From Bacteroidales bacterium (GTDB taxonomy: Bacteria > Bacteroidota > Bacteroidia > Bacteroidales > UBA3824), in assembly GCA_017645985.1 (NCBI GenBank), contig JAGCNK010000207.1:1-40887 (forward strand): a stretch of DNA of 40,887 bases. Direction: 5' to 3'. The notes below the pieces were generated by a model. That model was not told where the DNA came from. It saw nothing but the letters and a program-made list of their open reading frames with translations, and ran no database searches. The translations under genes and the position numbers were made by a program. Within the stretch, counting starts at the first letter, position 1. Each line of letters starts with the position of its first letter. Of this stretch, positions 7,589 to 16,220 are shown piece after piece.

Positions 7589-9100
7589 ATGAAAAAACAC
7601 CTTCTTAGCGTAATGTCTGTTGCTGCGATGATGACGTTGTCGGCTTGCTTCGGCGGTGGCGACAATGGTGGCAGCAATGGTTCAGACAATGGATCTGACA
7701 ATGGTGGCGGACAAAACATGTCGTCTGCCGAAATCATCAAACGTGCCGACGGTTCAGTAATTCGTCTGGGCGGTTACAAGGCTTCCGCTCCCGACATCGA
7801 CGCTCCTATGTACAGCGCATCGCTCAAGGCCGACAATCTTCCCTCTAAGGTTGACTTGCGCCAATACCTCACTCCCGTAGAAAACCAAGGTCAGCTCGGT
7901 TCGTGTACTGCCAACGCCACAGCTGGTGCCTACGAGTATCTTATGTGGTGGCACAAACAAAGTCAGTTTGATTTGAGCCGTCTGTTTCTCTATTACAACA
8001 CCCGCGTTATCGAAAATACTGTAAACGTGGATAATGGAGCTATGATTTTTGATGTAATCAAAGCTTTGCACGACAATGGCGTTTGTAGCGAAAACTCTTG
8101 GCCCTACGTTATTCAGAAATTCAAACAGCGTCCGCCTGAGAACTGTTATGCTGAGGCTAAAGAACACAATATCAGCAAGTATGAACGCATAGCGTTGGAT
8201 CTCGACACTTGGAAAAGCGTTCTTGCAGAGGGCTATCCTATTATTTTTGGTGTTCAGATATTCAATTCGTTTCAGAATCCCCGCAACGGCTTCATCTCTA
8301 TGCCAAGATCCAATGATCAACCTTTAGGCGGTCACGCTATGTGCTGCGTAGGCTATTCTGATCCCGACCGCGTGTTTATCGTGCGCAACTCGTGGGGTCA
8401 CCAGTGGGGCGACAAAGGATACTGCTACATTCCCTACGACTATATGATGAACCGCAAATACAACGACGGCGACTCTTGGGTAATCTACAGCATGGACGGC
8501 GAAATCAATACCGACCAAATCGAGGAAGAGGCTTGGAACGACGACGAGGAGTCGATGTTTGTGGATATGGAAAACGAGTTTACCGATATGTCGGACGAGA
8601 ACTGGGACGCTATGTGTGAAGAACTTGGCGACTATGACATCGTGTTCCGCCTTGGTGCGCTCTACAATTATGCTTGTTGGGGTGACGAGGAGGCTGATCC
8701 CGCAGAAACTAAGGCTGCACTTGAGAAACTCAAAAAAATTCTCGTGATGTTCGGTCTCGACTACTCGCCCAAAAAGGTGCTCAAACACTGCGAGAACCTT
8801 TGGAGCAGCAAGGATAATTTCCTTGAAGAGACGGTAGAGATTCTCTCAAAATATCTGTCGGATGGTGCTCGTGCCACTATCGCAGCCGATATGCTCGAAA
8901 TTTGCGAAGCCGATGGCGATGCCGCAGAAAACGAACGCGTGTTGATTGCAGACCTTGTGACCGAATGGCTCAACGATGACCTCCTTGAGGAATACTACTC
9001 TGAGTATTTCGACGAGGAAGACGAAGACGACTACGACTATTACGAAGACGAAGACGACTATTACTATGATGAAGACTTCGACTATGGTGATGAATTGTAA
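7589..9100 (+). CDS. Lipoprotein papain-family (C1) cysteine peptidase fused to a TerB-like domain and a D/E/Y-rich tail
   Basis: Lipobox MTLSAC plus a G/N/S/D linker. The C1 triad contexts are QGQLGSCTANATAGAYEY, GGHAMCCVGY and VRNSWGHQWGDKGYCYIPYDY. The C-terminal helices carry WGDEEADPAETKAALEKLKKIL and ICEADGDAAENERVLIADLV (TerB-like ADG-x5-E pattern). The tail is EEYYSEYFDEEDEDDYDYYEDEDDYYYDEDFDYGDEL. Confidence 0.8.
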   Translation: MKKHLLSVMSVAAMMTLSACFGGGDNGGSNGSDNGSDNGGGQNMSSAEIIKRADGSVIRLGGYKASAPDIDAPMYSASLKADNLPSKVDLRQYLTPVENQGQLGSCTANATAGAYEYLMWWHKQSQFDLSRLFLYYNTRVIENTVNVDNGAMIFDVIKALHDNGVCSENSWPYVIQKFKQRPPENCYAEAKEHNISKYERIALDLDTWKSVLAEGYPIIFGVQIFNSFQNPRNGFISMPRSNDQPLGGHAMCCVGYSDPDRVFIVRNSWGHQWGDKGYCYIPYDYMMNRKYNDGDSWVIYSMDGEINTDQIEEEAWNDDEESMFVDMENEFTDMSDENWDAMCEELGDYDIVFRLGALYNYACWGDEEADPAETKAALEKLKKILVMFGLDYSPKKVLKHCENLWSSKDNFLEETVEILSKYLSDGARATIAADMLEICEADGDAAENERVLIADLVTEWLNDDLLEEYYSEYFDEEDEDDYDYYEDEDDYYYDEDFDYGDEL

Positions 9101-9127
9101 CAGTCTGTAATACAAACCATTAAAATG

Positions 9128-9161
9128 CCGTCTGTGATTTTTGTCGCAGACGGTTTTTTTT
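9128..9161 (+). terminator. Rho-independent terminator after the peptidase gene
   Basis: Stem CCGTCTG (9128-9134) pairs with CAGACGG (9147-9153), followed by T8. Confidence 0.75.
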
Positions 9162-9316
9162 ATTCTGCCTTAATGAAAAAAATGACAAAAAAAAGTAAAA
9201 TATTTCACTTTTTATATTAGGGTGCGAAGGGGTTGGAGTGTTATATTAATGAGGATTTGAAAAAACAAACCCCCGATGCAGAAAACTTAAAAATCAACTT
9301 TTAAAATATCACTACC

Positions 9317-9448
9317 ATGAACAATACATTCTACACCCCAGCAAGTTTTGACGCCGATCTGATGGAGTCTGCCGACACAACATCTTTAGTAGAAATGATA
9401 GCAACTCTCGCTATGGACGACGCCGACGATTTTTACAGCGAAATCTAA
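9317..9448 (+). CDS. Possible 43-aa acidic small protein (speculative)
   Basis: ATG to TAA ORF encoding MNNTFYTPASFDADLMESADTTSLVEMIATLAMDDADDFYSEI. It is the only clean ORF in a 470-bp intergenic gap and sits between two strong terminators. It is below the ORF-track size cutoff. Confidence 0.25.
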   Translation: MNNTFYTPASFDADLMESADTTSLVEMIATLAMDDADDFYSEI

Positions 9449-9498
9449 CAAAACTATAACTTTGTGAGCACTTAATCAAACTCGCAACCTAATCAAAC

Positions 9499-9557
9499 AC
9501 AAAAACGGATTGTTCTAAAACCGCGTGTCCGCGTCTTGAACAATCCGTTTTTTTTTA
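9499..9557. terminator. Bidirectional rho-independent terminator (queA on the minus strand, small ORF on the plus strand)
   Basis: 11-bp stem ACGGATTGTTC (9505-9515) pairs with GAACAATCCGT (9538-9548). An A-run lies on the 5' side and a T-run on the 3' side, so each strand reads a hairpin followed by U-rich sequence. Confidence 0.75.
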
Positions 9558-9571
9558 TTTTATTTAACTAA

Positions 9572-10624
9572 CTACAATATAAGCATAGCGTCGCCGTAGG
9601 GTCCGAAGCGGTAACCTTCTTTGAGCGCTATCTGGTACGAGCTCATCAAAAAGTCGAAACCTGCGAACGCCGCCGTGGTCATCAGCATTGTGCTGTACGG
9701 ATGGTGAAAGTTGGTAATGAGGCTTGACGGCACGCTGAACTCGTAGGGCGGGAAGATAAACTTGTTGGTCCATCCTTCGAATGGTTTCAAGAATCCGCTG
9801 GTAGATACAGAGCTCTCCAATGTGCGTGCTGTGGAAATGCCCACCGCGCATACGTTTTTGTGCTCCTCTTTGCCTTTGTTTACAATTTCTACGCACTCGT
9901 CGTTGATGAAAATCTGCTCGCTGTCCATTTTGTGCTTGGTGAGGTCTTCGACATCCACGTTGCGGAAATTGCCCAGACCTACGTGAGCTGTCACTTCTGC
10001 AAAGTTGACACCTACGATCTCCAAACGTTTCAAGAGGTTTTTGCTGAAATGCAGACCTGCTGCCGGAGCAGCCACCGCGCCTTCGTGCTTGGCGTAGATG
10101 GTCTGATAGTTTTCTGCGTCCTCGGGTGTTACGGGGCGGTTGATATATTTTGTGGGCAGAGGAGTCTCGCCCATACTGAAAAGTATCTTTTTGAAATCTT
10201 CGTACTGACCGTCGAAAAGGAATCTGAGTGTGCGGCCGCGTGAGGTTGTGTTGTCGATAACCTCAGCCACCAGGCTGTCGTCTTCGCCGAAATAGAGCTT
10301 GTTGCCAATGCGTATTTTGCGGGCGGGGTCTACAAGTACGTCCCACAGACGCTGTTCGCGGTTGAGTTCGCGGAGCAGGAATACCTCAATTTTAGCGCCG
10401 GTTTTCTCTTTGTTGCCGTACAGCCTTGCCGGAAACACCTTGGTGTTGTTAAGCACCATAACGTCGCCGTCGTTGAAATACTCCACAATGTCTTTGAAAA
10501 TCCTGTGTTCTACAGCCTTGGTCTTGCGGTTGATAACCATAAGCCGTGCCTCGTCCCTGTTTTCGGTTGGGAACATAGCCACCTGCCTGTCGGGAAGTTC
10601 GTACTTAAACTTTGATAATTTCAT
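9572..10624 (-). CDS. queA: S-adenosylmethionine:tRNA ribosyltransferase-isomerase
   Basis: [19 protein letters not shown]..., FPARL and [11 protein letters not shown] are typical QueA motifs. 350 aa. Confidence 0.92.
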   Translation of the reverse strand: MKLSKFKYELPDRQVAMFPTENRDEARLMVINRKTKAVEHRIFKDIVEYFNDGDVMVLNNTKVFPARLYGNKEKTGAKIEVFLLRELNREQRLWDVLVDPARKIRIGNKLYFGEDDSLVAEVIDNTTSRGRTLRFLFDGQYEDFKKILFSMGETPLPTKYINRPVTPEDAENYQTIYAKHEGAVAAPAAGLHFSKNLLKRLEIVGVNFAEVTAHVGLGNFRNVDVEDLTKHKMDSEQIFINDECVEIVNKGKEEHKNVCAVGISTARTLESSVSTSGFLKPFEGWTNKFIFPPYEFSVPSSLITNFHHPYSTMLMTTAAFAGFDFLMSSYQIALKEGYRFGPYGDAMLIL

Positions 10625-10669
10625 TTGTCAGTTAACTATTTACAAATTTTGTATACAAATTGCAACGTT

Positions 10670-10677
10670 GCAAAATT
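10670..10677 (-). promoter_or_regulatory. -7 box TAATTTTG for queA
   Basis: The reverse complement of caaaatta is TAATTTTG. It lies about 45 nt upstream of the queA ATG, immediately after the truB stop. Confidence 0.4.
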
Positions 10678-10682
10678 ACAAA

Positions 10683-11414
10683 TTATTCTTGATAATTATC
10701 CAAATTTTTTTCGAAATCTTCTAATTTTATTGCAGTTTCTAACGAAATGGAGCCTATTTTTGTACGTCTGAGGCCGGCAAGGTGAGCGCCCACGCCGAGA
10801 CGTTCGCCTATGTCGTTGGCAAGCGAGCGTATGTAAGTGCCTTTGCTGCAAGCTACTGATGCTTTGAAGAGTTTCTTCTCATCGTCCCATTCTGTAATCT
10901 CTATGGAGTATATCTCGATGGGGTGCGGACGCATTTTTACCTCGTCGCCACGTCCTTTGTGCGCCGAAATGTATGCGGGTTTGCCGTCGATTTTTTTTGC
11001 GCTGTATACCGGAGGATACTGTATCTGGTTGCCTACGAATGATTTAAGGCACTCTTCCACCTGCTCACGGGTGATGTCAGATACGTCTTTGAAGTTTTCG
11101 GGTTCGGTTTCGAGGTCGAAACTCGGAGTGGTGGCTCCAAGCTGCACTGTGGCTATGTACTCTTTGTCGTGGTCTTGAAACGTGGTTATCTCTTTGGTTT
11201 TGCGTCCGGTGCATACTATCAGCAGACCCGATGCCAGGGGATCGAGAGTGCCGGCGTGTCCCACTTTGATTTTTTTTATGCCGAGATGTGTCTTGAGCAT
11301 ATAGCGTACTTTGTTGACAAGGTCGAACGATGTCCATCGTAGCGGCTTGTCAAATACCAATACTTGTCCTAATGTGAAGGGGTCTGTGGGTTGCTGTGTC
11401 TGATTGTCAGGCAT
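10683..11414 (-). CDS. truB: tRNA pseudouridine(55) synthase
   Basis: VGHAGTLDPLASGLLIVCTG contains the catalytic Asp motif. 243 aa. Confidence 0.92.
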   Translation of the reverse strand: MPDNQTQQPTDPFTLGQVLVFDKPLRWTSFDLVNKVRYMLKTHLGIKKIKVGHAGTLDPLASGLLIVCTGRKTKEITTFQDHDKEYIATVQLGATTPSFDLETEPENFKDVSDITREQVEECLKSFVGNQIQYPPVYSAKKIDGKPAYISAHKGRGDEVKMRPHPIEIYSIEITEWDDEKKLFKASVACSKGTYIRSLANDIGERLGVGAHLAGLRRTKIGSISLETAIKLEDFEKNLDNYQE

Positions 11415-11428
11415 ATAAATATGAAGTT

Positions 11429-11716
11429 TTAATGTGTGTATTTCTGTTTTGCACGTCGTAGGGCTCTACGGATCTTGTAAAAGTTTGGCGGCGGCACGGG
11501 GTCGTATCCGTGCGTGCCCCAGGGATTGCAGCGCAAGATGCGCCAGGTGGCAAGTATTGTGCCGCGTATTATACCGTGATACTCAACAGCTTGCATAGCG
11601 TAAACCGAACATGTGGGGGTGTGACGGCAGGCGTCGGGCAGCCACGGCGAAATGCAGGCGCGGTAAAACCGTACCGGCAGAAGGTAGATTTGTCTAATTA
11701 CAGCCGCAAGATTCAT
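11429..11716 (-). CDS. yidD: Membrane protein insertion efficiency factor YidD
   Basis: [50 protein letters not shown] is the canonical YidD signature. Confidence 0.85.
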   Translation of the reverse strand: MNLAAVIRQIYLLPVRFYRACISPWLPDACRHTPTCSVYAMQAVEYHGIIRGTILATWRILRCNPWGTHGYDPVPPPNFYKIRRALRRAKQKYTH

Positions 11717-12293
11717 TAAGCAACTCTTTTACGTTGGATATTTTGCTGTAACATTCGCGGCAGAGCGGTTCGTAAGTGTTTTTTTCTCCGAGACTTACCA
11801 GATTGTCGTCGGCAGATAGGCGGTGCGAGAACTGCGCCAGCGATCCGCAGCGTGTGCAGACGGCGTGCACCTTGGTTACGTCGTCGGCTATGCACATCAT
11901 TGAACCCATAGGTCCGAACGGACGTCCGAGATAGTCCATGTCTAATCCGGCTGCTATCACCCTCACGCCTCTGAATGCGAGTGTGCGGCATACGCTGGTG
12001 AGGTCGTTGTCGAAAAACTGCGCCTCGTCGATGCCTATCACCTGAGCGTCGCCGGCAAGCGCCAGTATGTCGGTGCTTTTGGCCACTACGGTAGATTGTA
12101 TGGAATGCTTGTCGTGCGACACCACGGCGGTGGCGCTGTAGCGGGTGTCGGTCGACGGTTTGAATATGGCGGTTCTGAGTCCTGCAATCTGTGCGCGGCG
12201 CAGACGGCGGATGAGTTCTTCAGTTTTGCCCGAAAACATTGAGCCTGAGATTACTTCGATGCTTCCGGCGTGGCATTTGGGTTCAAGAAACAT
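11694..12293 (-). CDS. tdk: Thymidine kinase
   Basis: P-loop [11 protein letters not shown] and a C-terminal zinc ribbon (CTRCG...CRECY). 199 aa. Confidence 0.9.
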   Translation of the reverse strand: MFLEPKCHAGSIEVISGSMFSGKTEELIRRLRRAQIAGLRTAIFKPSTDTRYSATAVVSHDKHSIQSTVVAKSTDILALAGDAQVIGIDEAQFFDNDLTSVCRTLAFRGVRVIAAGLDMDYLGRPFGPMGSMMCIADDVTKVHAVCTRCGSLAQFSHRLSADDNLVSLGEKNTYEPLCRECYSKISNVKELLNESCGCN

Positions 12294-12321
12294 AGCTTAA
12301 GTATTGATTTTTTTGCGATGG

Positions 12322-12352
12322 CAAATGTAACCAAAATGCGGATATTTTCAAA
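12322..12352 (-). promoter_or_regulatory. Bacteroides-type promoter for tdk (-33 TTTG, 19-nt spacer, -7 TACATTTG)
   Basis: The minus strand reads TTTGaaaatatccgcattttggtTACATTTG. It ends about 28 nt upstream of the tdk ATG. Confidence 0.5.
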
Positions 12353-12368
12353 CACGGCGGCCAATAAT

Positions 12369-13055
12369 TTACTTGGCGTTTTTGGTGCGTGAAATTACAA
12401 ACTGGGCGAAGTTGATGTCGTCGAACGTGGTGATTTTGATGTTGTTTTTTTCGCCTTCGATAAGGTTGATGGTTTCGCCGTACTGCTCCACCACCGAGGC
12501 GTCGTCGGTAAACATCTGAGTGTAAGGCTGCTGGTATGCCTTGCGCAGAACGTCGGCGTGAAACACCTGAGGGGTCTGTATCAGTTTTACTGTGTTGCGG
12601 TCTATGATTTTGCTGCTGCCGTCGGCTGCCACGGTGCGTATCGATTCGGGCGGATTGATGCACGGCACGGCGTTGCCTTTGAGTGCCGCCTGGGTGTAGC
12701 ACTGCGCTATGCACGATACCGACACGAGAGGTCGCACTCCGTCGTGAACTCCCACAATGTCGACCTCGGGTCCGAGTGTGTCAACTGCGTTTTTTACCGA
12801 ATGAAACCGCTCTGCTCCGCCGTAGACATATCTGTAAGAGTCGGGACGGAGAAAAGGCTGCGAGAGTTTTCTCCAAAACTCACCGAGACCTTGCGGCAGC
12901 ACCAGTATCACCTCTATTTCGGGGTCGAAACTGCGAAACTGGTTTACAGTGCGGCACAGGATGGGCATGCCGTCGAGGTCAAGAAACTGTTTGGGCGTAC
13001 TCATACCCATGCGCAGGCCTTTGCCGCCTGCCACAATTATTACGGCGCGTTTCAT
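12369..13055 (-). CDS. ispD: 2-C-methyl-D-erythritol 4-phosphate cytidylyltransferase
   Basis: AVIIVAGGKGLRMGMSTPKQFL and VHDGVRP motifs. 228 aa. Confidence 0.9.
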   Translation of the reverse strand: MKRAVIIVAGGKGLRMGMSTPKQFLDLDGMPILCRTVNQFRSFDPEIEVILVLPQGLGEFWRKLSQPFLRPDSYRYVYGGAERFHSVKNAVDTLGPEVDIVGVHDGVRPLVSVSCIAQCYTQAALKGNAVPCINPPESIRTVAADGSSKIIDRNTVKLIQTPQVFHADVLRKAYQQPYTQMFTDDASVVEQYGETINLIEGEKNNIKITTFDDINFAQFVISRTKNAK

Positions 13056-13915
13056 CAGGCTGCGGGTGTGATGTTGTCAGATATGTACTGCGCCACGCGC
13101 TTGTTGATTTTTTCGGAGAGCAGCGCCATGTTGAAGTTCTTCTTCTCAAATGTGGCTAACTCTACAAGCGCCACGGTCTGCTTGCCGTAAACGAGCGGTA
13201 TAAATATAAGGTGTCGTGGCGAACCCTGACCAAGTCCTGAAACTACCACTTGGATGTAGTTTTCGGGAATGTTGTCGAGTTCGAGGGTCTTCTTGTCCTT
13301 GGCTACCTGACCGTTGATGCCTTCGCCGATTTCGAATGTGCGGTCGGTGTCGGGCGTGTAGTATGCGTAGGTGCTTTTGATTTCGTACTTTCCGATTTTG
13401 GGATTGAGCGCGTAAGCCACACCCTGCACAATGTCGAACACTTTGGCAAAGTTGCTGAGCAGCTTGTCGAAATATTCGTTGAGGTCGGCAGTCTGTTCCA
13501 GGTCGGCGGCAATCTGGTTTGCCACCTGGTCGAGGTGCTTGTTTTCCTCCGCCTCGCGTTTGGCTTTCTGCTGTTTCTCCTGGCGGGCCTTCTCCTGCTT
13601 TATTTCCTCGTTGTTGTCGTCGGCATCGCTGCGTGCGTTGGCTAGGTCGTCGGAGTTTACTCTGTCGGTAGAGCCTTTTACAGAGAGGAAGTCGAGCTGC
13701 GACTCGGTAACGCTTGCCTGGTGGAATATTTTCTTGGCGTAGGCAGTAGTGGCGGCTGCCCATATAGCCGAAACCGCCGCAAATCCCAGGAGTATGTTTT
13801 TATAGTACTCTTGAAGTTGCGGTATCAAGGCGGCTGTAATCACCGCTACGCACACCACAATCCATATTGTGAGCGCAGTAGCTATATTTTTTTTGGCCTT
13901 GTCGAATTTTTTCAT
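13055..13915 (-). CDS. Two-TM protein with an E/Q/K-rich coiled-coil linker and a C-terminal GAF-like domain
   Basis: The TM helices are IATALTIWIVVCVAVITAALI and ILLGFAAVSAIWAAATTAYA. The linker is EEIKQEKARQEKQQKAKREAEENKHLDQVANQIAADLEQTADL. The C-terminus (FAKVFDIVQGVAYAL...GEGINGQVAKDKKTLELDNIP...IFIPLVYGKQTVALVELATF) has a GAF-like pattern. Its stop overlaps the ispD start (TGATG). Confidence 0.65.
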   Translation of the reverse strand: MKKFDKAKKNIATALTIWIVVCVAVITAALIPQLQEYYKNILLGFAAVSAIWAAATTAYAKKIFHQASVTESQLDFLSVKGSTDRVNSDDLANARSDADDNNEEIKQEKARQEKQQKAKREAEENKHLDQVANQIAADLEQTADLNEYFDKLLSNFAKVFDIVQGVAYALNPKIGKYEIKSTYAYYTPDTDRTFEIGEGINGQVAKDKKTLELDNIPENYIQVVVSGLGQGSPRHLIFIPLVYGKQTVALVELATFEKKNFNMALLSEKINKRVAQYISDNITPAA

Positions 13916-13925
13916 GGTATGATCG

Positions 13926-14480
13926 TCATTTAAGGTTTTTCAAAAAGTCAATTATCTCGTTTGTTACCATTATGTGGTCTACTTCGGTGGCTTTGATGGC
14001 AGCCGTGGTCATTGTCTTTACCTGGCATTCGTCGGGCGACTGCACTATCACCGTGCCTCCGGCGTCTTTGATGGCCTTGAGCCCGAGGGCGCCGTCCTTG
14101 TTGGCTCCTGAGAGCAGTATTCCCACCGAGTCGGTTTTGAAGGTTTTGGCTATCGAAAAGAATGTTACGTCGATCGACGGCCGCGAATGGTTTACAGGTT
14201 CTTCTGTTGATAGCGAAAACTGGTTGTTGGCGTCAACGTACATGTGATAGTTGGCTGGAGCGAGGTAAGCTATGCCCGGCATCACGGTGTCTTTGTCGAA
14301 AGGCTCGCAAATCGGTATGTTTGATTTAAGCGATAGTGCCTCCACAAATCCGCCCCTGACGTTTTTGAGACGGTGCAGGCATAGGAAAATAGTGTGAGGG
14401 TAGTTGCGCGGTATGCTCGATAGCAACGCCGTCACCGTTTGAAAGCTTCCTGCCGATCCTCCTATTACAATGTTGCCCAT
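13926..14480 (-). CDS. cheB: CheB-type protein-glutamate methylesterase, catalytic domain only (no receiver domain)
   Basis: 184 aa starting directly with MGNIVIGGSAGS. The Ser, His and Asp contexts are GGSAGS, FLCLHR and LSGANKDGALG, plus NHSRPSIDV. Confidence 0.8.
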   Translation of the reverse strand: MGNIVIGGSAGSFQTVTALLSSIPRNYPHTIFLCLHRLKNVRGGFVEALSLKSNIPICEPFDKDTVMPGIAYLAPANYHMYVDANNQFSLSTEEPVNHSRPSIDVTFFSIAKTFKTDSVGILLSGANKDGALGLKAIKDAGGTVIVQSPDECQVKTMTTAAIKATEVDHIMVTNEIIDFLKNLK

Positions 14481-14487
14481 AACCTTT

Positions 14488-15321
14488 TTACTTTTGAACT
14501 TTTACAAAAATGTTTTCGTTTTTCGACACCGGGATAAATGTTCCACGGTAGTCGCATCCGCTGAGATTCTCGCGTATGCCTATTATGAAGTATCCGCCGC
14601 TGACGATGGTCTTGGCAAGGTTGTCAACCACCATTTTCTTGGTCTGGACGTTCATGTATAGCATACGGTCGCGAAACAGCACAAGGTTGAATCCGTTGTC
14701 GGGCGGAGGAGTGCTGATGATGTCGCCTTTGAGGAATATGACGTTGTCGAGCAGCTGCGACGAAAAATAGTCGTATTTGTCTTCTCGGGTGAGATAGTGA
14801 GTCAGTTCGGCGTCCGGGTCTATTTTTTTGAAGTTTGCCGAGCTGATTTCTAATTTCTTCTGGTCGATGAATCCGCTTTTGGCGTCGTTGAGTATCTTGT
14901 GGATGGGCGATGTGGCGTATACAGTGCACCGGTTGAGGATGCGTTTGCGGTGGAGAATCACCAGCAGCGAGTAGAGCTCGTCGTCGCCGCATATCTGGGG
15001 AATCCATATTTTGCAGAGCGTCTCGTTTTTGAGTTTCTCCACAATGTTGTCTTCCAGAAACTTCCACATAGAGTAGTCGCGAAACATCTCGGTTGTAGGC
15101 ACGAATATTTCCGACACGAACAGGTCGGCAAAGTAGTTGTCGGCCATAAGCTTGTTTACGAGGCGGTCGGGAGTCTGCACGCCGTGCATATACATCGACC
15201 TTGTCATACGGTGCATAAGGATGTCTTGCGAGTAGTACGAGAAGTCTACGTCGCGGAGCGTGCGCACTGTCGAAATGATTTTTCTGAAATCCTCGTGTGG
15301 TATGTTAAGAAATTCGTCCAT
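14488..15321 (-). CDS. CheR-like protein with a degenerate SAM-binding motif
   Basis: It has the CheR fold landmarks (TTEMFRD and the N-terminal helical domain). However, motif I reads IWIPQICGDDELYS instead of W-x-AGCSTGEE-x-YS, ATD is replaced by ATSP, and the post-motif reads VLFRDRMLYMN. Confidence 0.7.
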   Translation of the reverse strand: MDEFLNIPHEDFRKIISTVRTLRDVDFSYYSQDILMHRMTRSMYMHGVQTPDRLVNKLMADNYFADLFVSEIFVPTTEMFRDYSMWKFLEDNIVEKLKNETLCKIWIPQICGDDELYSLLVILHRKRILNRCTVYATSPIHKILNDAKSGFIDQKKLEISSANFKKIDPDAELTHYLTREDKYDYFSSQLLDNVIFLKGDIISTPPPDNGFNLVLFRDRMLYMNVQTKKMVVDNLAKTIVSGGYFIIGIRENLSGCDYRGTFIPVSKNENIFVKVQK

Positions 15322-15324
15322 AGC

Positions 15325-16185
15325 CTAAAACACTTTTTTGTTGTAAATCAGACCTTTCTTTTCGTACTTTACGCTCGTTGGGCCGATGATGCTCTCATGT
15401 ATTCCCAGCACGAGCGATCCGTATGTGTCGAGGTAATTCCAAAAATCAATAAACAGCTTGTTTTGCAGTGTGTTGTTGAAGTAAATCAGTACATTGCGGC
15501 ACAAAATGATGTCGTACGACACGTTGAAAGGGTTGGGGTCGGTAACGAGGTCGTGCTTTTTGAAAATTGCCTTGTCGAGAAATTCGCGCTTTATTTTAAA
15601 GGTGTCTTTCACCTTGTTGATGTCGAAATATTTCTCGTATGTTACCACAAGATGCTCGTCGAAGTTGTAAGGATTTTCGCACAGCACCTTGTTGAAGTTG
15701 TCGAGATATTCAGACACCGACCTGTAGCTGTATACGCCCGACTGGGCGGTTTTGATTACGTCGGTGTTGAGGTCGGTGGCGTAGATGTTGCAACGGTGAA
15801 GCATGTTCATCTCGTTGAGCAGTATTATCATAGAGTACACCTCCTGACCTGTGGAGCATCCTGCGTGCCAGATGTTGATTTCGCGCTTGCTTGCAAGGCG
15901 TGGCAGTATGCGGTATTTGATTGCGTGCCATACCTGAGGGTCGCGAAACAGCTCGGTGGTGTTTACAGTGATGTCTCTGACCACCTGCTCCAAAAACAGA
16001 CGGTCTTCTTTAACTTTGGCTATCAGCTTCGACAGGTCAAGTTTGTAGTCCATCATCACCTTTTCCACCCGCCTTAGAAACGATTTTTCGGAGTAGTTGG
16101 CAAAATCGTATCCAGCGTAGTCGCGCAAGGTTCTAATAAGTGTCAGTATGTTAGGGTCTTCAAACATTTTTCTATAAGTATACAT
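15325..16185 (-). CDS. cheR: CheR-type protein-glutamate O-methyltransferase
   Basis: TTELFRD, INIWHAGCSTGQEVYS, IYATDLN and IILCRNVLIYF motifs. I prefer the ATG at 16185 (MYTYRKMFEDPN) to the TTG at 16206. Confidence 0.85.
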   Translation of the reverse strand: MYTYRKMFEDPNILTLIRTLRDYAGYDFANYSEKSFLRRVEKVMMDYKLDLSKLIAKVKEDRLFLEQVVRDITVNTTELFRDPQVWHAIKYRILPRLASKREINIWHAGCSTGQEVYSMIILLNEMNMLHRCNIYATDLNTDVIKTAQSGVYSYRSVSEYLDNFNKVLCENPYNFDEHLVVTYEKYFDINKVKDTFKIKREFLDKAIFKKHDLVTDPNPFNVSYDIILCRNVLIYFNNTLQNKLFIDFWNYLDTYGSLVLGIHESIIGPTSVKYEKKGLIYNKKVF

Positions 16186-16220
16186 GCCCCCCTGGGGCTT
16201 TTGCAAAAAAAATTATAGTT

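Noticed and set aside
13640-13700. A canonical MCP methylation consensus in the GAF-protein linker
   Set aside because: The closest segment (AADLEQTADL) does not fit the [ASTG]2-x2-[EQ]2-x2-[ASTG]2 pattern at the last two positions. It is kept only as a hypothesis.
12558-13763. Long alternative-frame ORFs (12558-13190 plus strand, 12683-13159 plus strand, 13146-13763 minus strand, R/Q/P-rich)
   Set aside because: They overlap ispD and the GAF-protein gene and have Arg/Pro/Gln-biased composition typical of out-of-frame reading. There are no motifs.
14899-16077. 392-aa plus-strand ORF spanning both cheR genes
   Set aside because: The translation is V/H/F/L-rich and low in information. The opposite strand carries two ORFs with unmistakable CheR motifs. 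This is a typical shadow ORF.
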